Below, one piece after another: positions 13,814-25,800 of a stretch of DNA of 64,000 bases. The position numbers and the translations under genes were made by a program. Position 1 is the stretch's first letter. The number at the start of each line of letters is the position of its first letter. The stretch comes from Saccostrea echinata. Lineage: Eukaryota. The notes beneath the pieces were generated by a model. The model made no database searches, was not told the DNA's origin, and worked only from the letters and a program-made list of their open reading frames with translations. The stretch covers positions 50,220,001-50,284,000 of the forward strand of contig NW_026889758.1 in NCBI RefSeq assembly GCF_033153115.1. Reading direction: 5' to 3'.

Positions 13814-13860
13814 TCATGTGACTGTCCTTACTGCGCATGCTCCATTTATGCGGAAGCCGG
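13814..13860 (+). promoter_or_regulatory. SCAMP proximal promoter motifs (M-box/CLEAR-like, NRF1-like, ETS-like)
   Basis: TCATGTGAC 13814-13822, TGCGCATGC 13832-13840 and CGGAAG 13851-13856, clustered 110-150 bp upstream of the ATG. Confidence 0.45.
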
Positions 13861-13964
13861 GATTCTGCCATATCTCGAAGACAAGTCATCCCCCAAAACA
13901 AAAATTACAACGCATGTCTAAACACTAAGGATAAAACGTCTTTGTTTTCATTAATTTGCGAACC

Positions 13965-16900
13965 ATGTCGGAAATAGATAGCAACCCCTTCGCTGATCCA
14001 GAAGCAGCAAATCCGTTTGCGGTAATTTATTCTAATAACATATTGATTAGGCTTAGCTTGAACACGTAATAAACAAAATCATATTTTTAAATCTCTCTTT
14101 TTTTTTAAATATATAAACATATTTGCAACAGTACGTTTGTCCTTTTTTATATCTCACGGATAGTTTAGGTTACTCCAAAAAAGAAAACACTGGGTTCATT
14201 AATCAATTAAACATAATCAGTGGGCGTGCTTGTAGTTTTTAGTTAGTCCTACTGTATTTAATATTTACAGATTAAAGCAACTTTAATCTCTCATTCATAT
14301 TTCATTGAACTACTGTAATTAATTTATGATATATATTTGTGAATTGTCCATTGTTGTGAACTGTTCTTTACAATGATTTAATGTAATGTTTCAATTTGAA
14401 AAAAAAAATATGCACAGGATCCCTCAGTCCAACAAGCAAGAGGTGGTCAGCAAACAGGAACAGGGGCAGTTGATGACTATAATCCATTTGCGGAGGGAAA
14501 CCAGACAAGACCTACAGCAGGGGTGTGTATTATATGATTTCGGACTTTTAAGAATACATGTCTAAAAAAATAAAACAATTTATATACACATCACTAAAAC
14601 TCTTTAGATGAAACAATTATTTGTCTTGTTTCTTCTTACAGTCAATGAGTGATGAACCACTAATAAAAGGATCATATAATTCTTATTCTTCGGTATAAAA
14701 TTGAAACACATGGGTTTTCCTTACTTATTTCTTGACCCATTCCCAATTATTTTTCCCAATTTTTACCATGTTATTCCCAATCAAGTTTCAAGTAAAAATA
14801 CTTATGAGTTAACATTTCCAATTCTGTGGAACTTGGACCCATAATGGGAAAAAGGTCAGGGAAACCCATAAACCCAAACTCACTTTTGTATAGTCTGAAA
14901 AAAAAAATGAAACAGGATATGTCTTTGCTTTTAGAAATCTATTGCAGACTTTGTTGCAAAGACCCATGCACACACACACACACATAAAATTATACCTGAT
15001 GCACAAAATAGCACTTGCACAGTTCTCAAAGTATATAGCTAGTTTCTGAATTAAAAGTCAAACAAGTTGCTTTATTAGTGTATGCATGAGATTTTAATAT
15101 TTTCCCAGCAAACAATACCACCCCCACAACCAGCTCAGACCCAACCAGCAATAATGCAGCCATCAAATGAACCTCCTCCATACTCAGAGAGTTCAGCCCA
15201 GAGAGTTGACACAGCAGACCTACAGAAAAGGCAAGAGGTAATGGCATATGCTTTAAACACTTCAAATGAACCTCCTCCATACTCAGAGGTTTCAGCCCAG
15301 AGAGTTGACACAACAGATCTACAGAAAAGACAAGAGGTAATGGAATATGCTTTAAAATAGATGACCCCTCAAAACCTGGTGATTCATACCAATATGGGTA
15401 AAAAAAGTGTGATAATAAGTGGTCACACATAATTTTAGGAATTTTTACAGTTGAAGAATAAGGTCACACTAAGACTGTTATAGACAATATATTCCTTACA
15501 ATACAATGATTAATCTGTGTTTTTGTCTGTAATAGAGACAGGGTTGCAAATAACATTTAAAACTTAATGGGCCATATGGGCCCCCAACTTAACATGTTCT
15601 ACTAGTGAGTCCACATTAATATTTTGGGGTCCATGAATTTTCTGTCCACGGAGTTAAAAAAAAAATCTCAATCTTTTCATGTCATGATCTCGTCAATGTG
15701 TAATTTGCCTTCTACAATCTTTTATTTTCCTGCAAATTTTGACAACCCTTGTATAAAATTCCATCTTTTCCTTTACTCTGAGACCTCACGTAGTCATAAC
15801 ATTGACACAATTCAGGGTCAAGAAAATGTTTTGTTGGAAAGAAACGGTGAATTTCACTGAAAGTGCCATTTAATAGTAGAATTAAACCGTGGTTGGGTTC
15901 TGGAAAAGTTCCAATAAAATTTTTACTCACCATATGGGCGATAAGATCCTAAAGAGTTTGTCACCCACAGACAAAATTACTCGCATTTTTCAAGTGGGTG
16001 AGTGGTTATTGCAACCCTGAGACATGCAACTTACCATTTTATATCACAATTAAAATGTTTTGTAGGAATTGGAAAAAAAAGCTGCAGAGCTACAAAGGAA
16101 AGAACAGGAGATGAGAAATATGCAGTACAATGGCAAGTATTGACTGTATGAAACTCCTGTTTGCCCAAATACAACATGCCAGTAACTTTTAAGTAGGACT
16201 TGACAAATTACATAGGGCTATTCCAGTTTCCAGGAAAGATGTTATTTTGATTTCATATTGATGAAGGCTTGTTATTATGTTTTTTCTCTGTAAGAGGGCA
16301 AGCTTACAGATTCGGTTCATTCATTATTCATCATGAGGGAGTTTATTCGCTTTAAAGGGTTTTTATCACATCTCAAAATTTTTTGATATGACAAAGTTTA
16401 CATGCTATTAAAATCATATATTTAAAAATCTTTGCTAGAAAATTAATATTTTTGATGTTTCAGTGATTCAAAGTTTGAATTTCTCAATATGCATATTTTG
16501 ATCGTCGATGTTACGTGCCATTGCTCTGACGTCATAGGTGTCAATCCTGGTCAAGCGAAGTACTTATTGTGTATACAAAAGGGCTCATTTGTTGTGTCTA
16601 TTAAACCTGTTAGAAAATAATTAAGTGATAATTGAATAATTGACAGCTTGTAAGGTATAATTTATGGCTTTATGATGCACAAGAAAGGTTTTAGGAAGAA
16701 TTTTTTCCCCACATTTCCTGGACTTGGTCGAGAGATGAAAGGGGGGTCTTTTTTTGCAAATGCGATGGCGATTATCTCCATTCAGAACAAATCATTATAC
16801 ACGATCTATCACGAATTTTTTTCTGTCCTATAAAATATTTTGAGGAAAGATACTTAAAAAAAAATAAGTGACAATCACGCATTTTTTAAAAAGTCGCAGA

Positions 16901-19900
16901 GAATCTAGTAGGAATGTTGTGAACTTCGTAATGGCGTACGGCGCCATTGAAGAAGTGTCATTTCTAGTACATGATATTCACTGCTAGAACAGATAGAAGA
17001 TATACAGGATTTATTTATTTTTGATTAATTAAAATAATAATGAAGGAGAATTTAAAATTCCCATATTTATAAATGTTTACTAAGTTAAACTTTAGTAATT
17101 CGTTCTATTTAGTTGAAGTCCCGAGTTGTCAACAGCTTTGTCTTCGGTGACCTCTCACTAATTGTCGGTATATTTTCTGGTTTTTCTCTCTGGTAGACGT
17201 TCATACCTAAAAGATTGACCGTCCATAACCAAAGAAATATAGTCGATGTCAAAATTTCAACCGGCCATACTGTGTATTCTATTTATTTAGCGTAAAAATC
17301 TATCCAGTATGTTTTTTCTTACAATAAGCTTTACGCGTTCTTTTGACCATTGACACCTATGACGTTTCAGTACCAAGTGACCCCTATCTAATTAGTGGAA
17401 ATTTTTACTCTGAGGACCCTATATAACGGAGGTTTTATCGTCTAATTACGGCCGTTTTCAACATTATTTCATAATTAAACGATAATTATATGTTTCAAGA
17501 ATATATTAGTGTTTCATTTTTAAGAAATTTAGATACGTGATAAAAACCCTTCAAGCCACAAGATAATACCATTTAGCCTTTTAGAAAACCCAATAATTCA
17601 TAGATGTTACAACCCTGTATAAATGAACAGAAACTGCTAATTTGTTACAGGTGCTCTGTATTTGGAAAATAATGCCAATAAAGCTATCTTTAAAAAATGT
17701 TCAGTTTGCCCTCTCCTGACTGACAAAGAATTGCCCAACTCAAACTTCTTAAACCTCTAGGAAATTAATTATATTTAAGGCCCGTCATGAATATGGCCGG
17801 AGCATATAGAGTTTGTCATTTCCATCTTTCCATCCTTCTGTCCTTCCGTTGCGCTTTGCATTTAGCTAAGTTCAAAGCTCAGTGTCAAAGAAACTATTCA
17901 AGATATATTTATCAAACTTCATATGTTGATAGATATTGATGAGAGTTATTCAACTTTTTTTTTACCTTTCTTTTGACCTTAACCTCACTTCTATTTAATT
18001 AGTATTTAGCTCAGTTTTAAAGACACTATTCAAAACAGTGTATTCAAACTTCATATACTGATGCATACTGATGTTAACTTTTCAACTGCTTTAATATTTT
18101 TTGACCTTGACCTTTCCTTTGACCTTGACCTCAATTTTCTTATATTAGTGTTTAGCTCAGTTTTAAATAAACAATTCAAGATACTTTTTTATCCAACTTC
18201 ATATGCTGATACATACTGACGAAAGCTATCAACTGCATCAACATTTTTTGACCTTGATTTTTCCTTTGACCTTGACTTTACCTCTCTTAAATAAGTGTTT
18301 AGCTCAGTTTTAAATAAACTATTCAGGATAGTGTTATCAATCTTCATATGCTGATACAAACTGAAGTTAGCTATTCAACTGCATTAATATTTCTTGACCT
18401 TTACTCTTTCTTTGACCTTGACCTCACTTTTCTCTAATTAGTGTGTAGCTCAGTTTTAAAGAAATATTCAAGATAGTGTTCACAAACTTCATATGATAAT
18501 GCATTCTGATTTTAGCTTTTCAACTGCATCAACATTTTTTTGACCTTGACCTTTCCTTTGATCTTTACCTCCCTTTTCTTAAATTAGTGTTTAGCTCAGT
18601 TTTATATAAATCATTCAAGATATATTTTATCCAACTTCATATGCTGATACATACTGATGGAAGCTATTCAACTGCATCAACATTTTTTGACCTTGACTTT
18701 TCCTTTGACCTTGACCTCATCTTTCTTAAATTAGTGTTTAGCTCAGACAGACATCAAACTTAGTATGCTGGTTATCCCTCCTGAGAAAATTTTGAGGTCA
18801 CAAACTCAGTATCAAACAATATAGACACAAGACTTAGGAAGATATTCTCAGGTCAATTTCTTGAGAACCTTTTTCTTTATAGACATCAGTTTTAGTATAC
18901 TGATACCCTCTAAGAAGTACTTTACCCCTAATGATATTGAGGTCTGATAAAGATCAAACTTAGTATGTTTGCCCTGTCTAGAAGATGACCTATTGTTTTC
19001 ACTATCATTACAGACATTCTAAATTTAAAGTTGTTCCCTTTTTAAAATTACACATTGGGGATGGGGCTTATATGTTTCTCAAACATTTCTTATATTCTTA
19101 ATATCAGCGATTAAACTTTTAGCTTATTTGTGTTTCACTTTTACTTTCTAGAGCGAGCAAACAACTGGCCACCACTTCCAAAGTTTTGTCCTGTTGGACC
19201 CTGTTTCTACCAAGACTTCAGTGTTGATATTCCTATGGAATTCCAGAGAACAGTTAAATTTGTATACTATTTATGGTTATGTAAGTTGAATTTATTGTGT
19301 TTATTTTTAAACATTGAAAAAAAGTTGTTAGTATAAAAGAGATTATTAATGCCTGCCCTGCTAAGGTACATGTACATTCTTTCTCTTTTGACTTTGAAAG
19401 GTAATATTTATTTTGTTCTGTTTCAGTCTATGTAATAGTTCTTTTTCTCAACATCTGGGCCAGTTTGGCGTATTTCATTGCTGATTCTGATGGAGGAGCC
19501 ACTTTCGGCATGTCAATAGTGTGGTTTGTCCTGTTCACTCCTTGTTCATTTATATGTTGGTATAGACCCCTGTACAAAGCATTCAGGTAAATTATGTTTA
19601 CTATTCCAATGTCAGTCACACTTTGTATAAAAAAAAAAACAAAAACAAAAAACACTTTACAGTTTACAGTTTGTGTCTTGTGAGATGGGGAGGGGTATAT
19701 TACCTGACACTAGTTACAAAGCCATTTAGTGATCTATATCTGGTGGGGGAATTATACAATGTGAATGATCAGAAACACATTTTTAAAAGTCTTGTTGCAC
19801 ATGTTTTAAAGAAGAAATATATATGTATGGCATATATTAGGGATGCACAATTTTTTTCGTATACCGGTAAATCATGATATTTTAATTCATGATAAGTATC

Positions 19901-22842
19901 AGGATATGGAGACTTTCATTTGTTATTATAAATTCTGGAAAAAAATCTTTTATTTTTTTTAATTACAATTATCGGAAGATTGAAAAATGTTGTTAAAAAA
20001 AGGCATCCTAACAATGAAATTATTAAGAATTTGGTTTCTTTCTTGTATCCCTCAACCAAATTGATAAAGTTTTGGTAGTTTAAACATCATTAAGTTCCAT
20101 GTGATTTAACTCTGAGCTAATGATCAGATCAACTACATTGTTGTATTGTTTATGGGATGCAAGCATAGAAATGGTTGTAAATGTCTTAATATACATCATC
20201 CTGTGTTCAACCATTTATGGATTGAACTTTGTGACCCCAGTGCTGGGGATGAACCGTTTTCATTGACAATAAAGCCTACTAATTTTTTGTTCAATTTTAT
20301 TTTAAGAAAATTAAAAATATAGATGAAAAAAAAAATATATATAGTTAGGTTTTCATAGCATTATATTTGTAAGAAAAATTATGGAGAGTAGTTTAAATCA
20401 TAATTAAAAATACTTGCAAAAATGTCCTGATATTTATCGTGATATTTTTGAAAAATCATGATATACCGTGATGCAAAATTCTTGATGATACCCATCCCTA
20501 GCATAGATGTACCACATATTGGTTAAGGCATTTATGTGTACATTCAAATCAATTTGTCTTCTAGTATATGATATTACTTGGGCTATATTCCCAAGATGTT
20601 ATATTGTTGACAGCTTTACATGTTTCTACATCATTGTATCTTGCACTGCTGAAATCTGCATACCTTCCCAAATCCATCCCCCTAAAATATCCATTTTTGT
20701 CACAAATCATCCAATTGCAAATAGCAGCACAACACAAAATTTCAAAGCATTAAGTCTATGTATCAGTTGTAAATTGTTATGTTTATGAATTTCAAGATGT
20801 TCACTTTTCCAACTTGTTTTATTTTATTTGAGCTTTGATGCTAGGAAAGCATATTTCTTTAATAGAAACTTGAATATTTTGATATAAAAAGTAAATTTTT
20901 AAAAAAAATTTTAATCAGTGAAAAATATTATCTTTGGAACTACTTTGTTAAGGCTTTCATTCTGTTTTCCAGATCAGACAGTTCATTCAGCTTTTTTGTA
21001 TTTTTCTTCAATTTCTTCTTCCAAGCCATTTGTTGTGTAGTCATGTTAATAGGGATAACAGATTTCACAGTGTAAGTATTCCAATTCACCCAAAGCTCTA
21101 GGTCTTGCACAATTTCTAGAACCACTCCACTCCTCCACTGTGCAGGATCTAGAGAAATTATTGACAAAAACATTGACCTATTGACCTTTGTTTTATTTTC
21201 AGAAGTGACAGCTCCTTCAACTTCTTTGTGTTTTTCTTTATATTTTTTTTCCAATTTATCTGTACGATAATTCAGTGTCTAGGAGTCACAGGCTACACAG
21301 TGTAAGTATGAGTCTATCTAAGTGTAAAACACATGCAGGGTTGTTATACAATTTGAAAATGAGCAAAGTAGCTCTGAAGGTTTGTATTATTTAACATAAG
21401 TGTTGAAAAATTGACTGCAAATTTCTATATGTAGTATTTTAATAATTGTTGCAAATTTTGGAAATGTCTGTTGTCAGGGTTTTAAGATTACCGATAGTGT
21501 TGGCCATAGACTTGATATTGCAGTGTATAGACAAAATCAGTTGACATTTGAACAAGGCAGTCAGAATGAATAAATACTGTTTATGATAAGGCAGAAAACT
21601 GTATAAAATCCTGCATTGGTCTGATTTTTGTCCCTCATTTTCCTTGTTAATTTATATTAAGTGGTAGGATGATTTGTATTTATTAAATAACAATGTATTA
21701 TACTTTGTATTTTATTTCAATAGTACCTTAATATTGTAAGAATGCTGTTAAAAAAGGGAAAACACGAGTTAAGATTTTGGGTTAGGTGACGTAATTTAAA
21801 AAACTACTCCTAGTCTGCGATGATTCAAAAATGAAAACAAAGATTTTGAATCGTGTAAACGTGTATATAAGGTATGAGGCAGTTTTTATTATTTTAAATC
21901 AAAACATTAGTGCCTTTCTAAACTTCATAGAAGTAAGATTAATTTTGACTGCCGTACTAGAAACAGTCATAATATGTTTATTTTTTTGAAAAAAAAATTT
22001 ATTGAGTTTTTCGGGTCTATGTTCCATGTGCCTTACTGCATCCCAGTTAAAACTGAATCTCTGTGTTTGGTCCAGTTAAAACTGAATCTCAGTGATTGGT
22101 CCACTTAAAAGTGAGTATCTGTGATTGGTCCAATTAAAATTGAATCTCAGTGATTGGTCCAATTAAAACTGAATCTCAGCAATTGGTACAGATGTTATTG
22201 ATTTTTATTTTATGATAATCATACTTTAATGCCGATTTTGATTTGCTAATACCTGATTTCAATTTCAGTGGCATCATCAATGGCCTCACCATGACTGGAT
22301 ACAAAAACAGTGGGAAGGGGGTCAGCCACGTAGGTGTGGCACTGGTCATGATATTTGTTGGCCTGATGTTTGGCCTTCTTGCCTTGTTAGATTTTATCAT
22401 GTTGGTCAAGGTATAGCATCCCAAATCATATGTTTTCTGTTATTTGCATGTTCAAATTATTTTGCTTGGCATTTTGTGTTTTCAAATACTGCATGTGGGG
22501 GTTTGCCTTATAACATTCAGAAGAAATAAGCCTCTACAGCACTCTCCATATAAAACCACTTGTATTTAAGACCCTCTAATGAATATACATATGTACCTAT
22601 CATGCATATTCAGCTTTGAATTTCTCCATCAAAAAAATTCCAAGCTATTTTATTTTTAGATTTTTTAATCTATATGTACATAAGGGGCATTCCATGTAAG
22701 GTTAACTTAATACAGAGATCAACTTATCGTAGCCCGATTAACCCACAATACTATAAATGTATTTATATTTAGTGTGCACAAAGTTTAATGGAAATTGAAT
22801 TTTCAGCAGATTAGTGTAGATTTAATTTAGCACATTTCTGAT

Positions 22843-22884
<42 letters not shown>

Positions 22885-25800
22885 TGACGTAGCAATGTTC
22901 TAGTACTTGATTTAACAGAAGTTGCTTTCTGCCAAAGGTGCTGAATAGAATACACAGCAAAATGTAATACTTTTACAGTAATCAACCCCACTCGAATTCT
23001 TTTGTGGGTACCTTTCATATTACATTACTGAGAAAAAAAAAAATAACACCATGGTTAATTCTGGTTTAAGTTGACCCAAAATAAGGTTGTGAATTAGCTT
23101 ATGATAATATCATATAAACCCAGATTTACATGAGCTGACCCTTTTTAACAATGTAGCATGATCTGCCCTAAAATGATATATTTGTCCTTAAATATGTCAC
23201 ACAAGTGTTATAATAAAGCAATTGATTACTTTTAAATCTTTTATCCTTTTAAAGTAAGAGGCTAGATATTCTTTTATAGATCAGTTTTCCAGATGAAGTG
23301 TTGATGAGTTTTCAGAATTTTTTTGTCTTTTTAGCTCACCTAAACTAAAGGATCAAGAGAGCTTTCTGATCACAAAGTGTCCAGTGTCTATCTGTCCATT
23401 GTATTTTGTCTGTAAACCTCTCTCATTTTCAACTTCTTTTTAAGAGACAATGGACCCATTTCAACCAATCTTGCCACAAAGGATCCATGTGAGAACCCCT
23501 TCTCACATGGATCTTGAAAGAAGTTTTGGGAAAGAAGTTTTGCTGTTCATTTGAACTAACATGAATCCCCATTCAAGAAGAGATGATTAAGAAATAAAAA
23601 TTTTGAGGGTCTTCTTCACGAGAAGCTAGGATAGAGCCATTTTAGTCGGTTAAAGTTATATAAAGCCATGTGTAGGAAAAATGTCAAGAAAATGGGGTCA
23701 ATTACTGATACTCATATTGTTACACACATGTACAAGCATCGTCATGCAGGGTGGGGCCTCAATAAGAGGTCAAAATTTAATATGAAATATTTAAGAGAAA
23801 AAAATTAAAAGCTTCTCAAGAGGTAGTCAAATAGTCAAGCATCATAATGTCATGTAGATGCATATACATGTATATACTACATGTAATTGTTATCTAGCGA
23901 CAAGCACTGCATCATGATTGGGAAGCAAAGTTTTATATAGAAACATGTAGACATTCACAAGGGGAAAATAAGTTGTAATTTGTAAAAATAACAACAAGCC
24001 TCAATATACTGTAAATTCAAATGCTCATATTTGGAGATCACAAAAAGGGATATCATTTAGCTGCATATTTTTATCAGGAAGTTAATGTTGACTCAGGTGA
24101 GCATTGTGGCCTGTGAACCTTTCGTTTTCAAGTTATCGAGGGTTAAATGAAGTTATTCTTTTTACTCTTTTTTTTTTAAGAATAAATTTCAGTAAATGTT
24201 TAAGTAATAAATGTCTGCAAGACATTGCTTGTCTAGTTTAACTGCCAAATTCATTCAAGATAGAGAAGTTGTTAACCTGTTTTAATAAAAACATAAAGCA
24301 AGGTAGATATTTTCATTATTTTCCTGGTAGGTAATATCCCTGCATGTCTGCACATATACCATTATTATTACGTTGTGGGTAGAAGGGTTGAAGGTCGACA
24401 GGAGTGGTTTTAGTCTTCGTCCCATATTTTTTGCTTCCCACTGCCATTGGATGTTGCCATTGAATGTAATCAGGTTGCCAGCAAATCAATCAAATGAGGT
24501 CATCTGATTTGACAACCACAGAGCCAATCAGATTAAAGATTGAAAAAAATCTCAAAAAGAGTCCAGGTTGTTGGCATCAGATGGAATCATTCGGTGAAGT
24601 GTAGCTTAGTTTGTGTTTGTACATGTCTTGATTGCATACTTTGTAGGGGATGGATTAATTCTCTGTCGACTATTGGTAAAAGTACTGGAGCTGGAGCTTT
24701 CATGCTCTTCATCTCCCTCTTCTTTTCAATCTGTGCTGTGCTTATGATAGTCATGTTACTTAAGGTTTGTATATAGAGAACAAATTTATCATTGTGCTAC
24801 ATGTAATGTAGAAGCTAATATATCCTTTAGAAATGTCACTTTGTAGAAGATAGCTAATCCTGTGGGTTGAATAATTTGATCTATATGTTTAACTCATCAA
24901 ATAACAATTTGAAATTTAAAAAAGACAGATTATCATACAATGCTTAAACTTTGTTCTGTTATATTTTCCACTTTTCTTTTTTTTTTTTACTAACTCTTAA
25001 TTTGCAAAGATGCTTATATATCTCTACATTTCTTAAAATGCATGCAAAATGCATACAAGTTAATAGTATTTTTATTTTTGTATTGAAATAAAAATTGGTT
25101 CTGTATTGATTTTCTCCATTGAGTATTTCTGTATTTCATGTTTCTAAGATAATGGATTTTTAGTTCACCTCAACGAAGTTGGGGGAGCTTATGTAATACC
25201 CTCTGCATCTGCGTCCATGGTTAAAAGTTTTTGGAGCAGATTTCTTTTCAAGTACTTCTATGCCCTATATCAATCAGAGGTGCATTAGGATGCCTCTAGT
25301 GTTTCATTGTACCAGTCAAGGTTTCAGATGCTGCAATTTCAGCTAAAGAATAACCAGTTTAATGTTTTTAGAGCAGGTTAGAGTTTTTGGAGCAGATCTC
25401 GTTTCAAAGTAACTATAATTCCTATGTTGACCAAACTTGTGTGGATGATACATCTAAGGATGCACACTACCAGGCTTGCTTCGGATATTGGATCTGAACT
25501 ACATTTTTCGGATGAGTGACCAGGTTAAAGTTTTTGGAGCAGGTCCATTGCCAAGAAGCTATAAGGCCTATCTGAACCAAACTTGCATGGATGATGCATT
25601 AAGGGACGGACACTTTCAAACTTGCTTCGGATGCTGGATTTGACCAACATTTTCTGGATGAGTGACTAGTTTTAAGTTTTTAGATAAGTCCATTCCCAAG
25701 TAACTGCAAGTCCTATCAGACCAAAATTGCGTAAATGTTGCATCTAGGGATGCACACTACTAGATTATTAGTAGGACTTTGCCTTACTTAAAGATAACAT

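Noticed and set aside
15026-15430. 134-aa minus-strand ORF with an internal repeat
   Set aside because: Antisense shadow of SCAMP exon 3 and its 99-bp duplication.
20507-20788. 93-aa hydrophobic ORF between SCAMP exons 6 and 7a, as a possible third alternative exon
   Set aside because: No SDSSF-like homology and no convincing phase-2/2 splice sites.
20940-21254. 104-aa Lys-rich minus-strand ORF
   Set aside because: Antisense of the Phe-rich exons 7a and 7b (TTT/TTC read as AAA/GAA).
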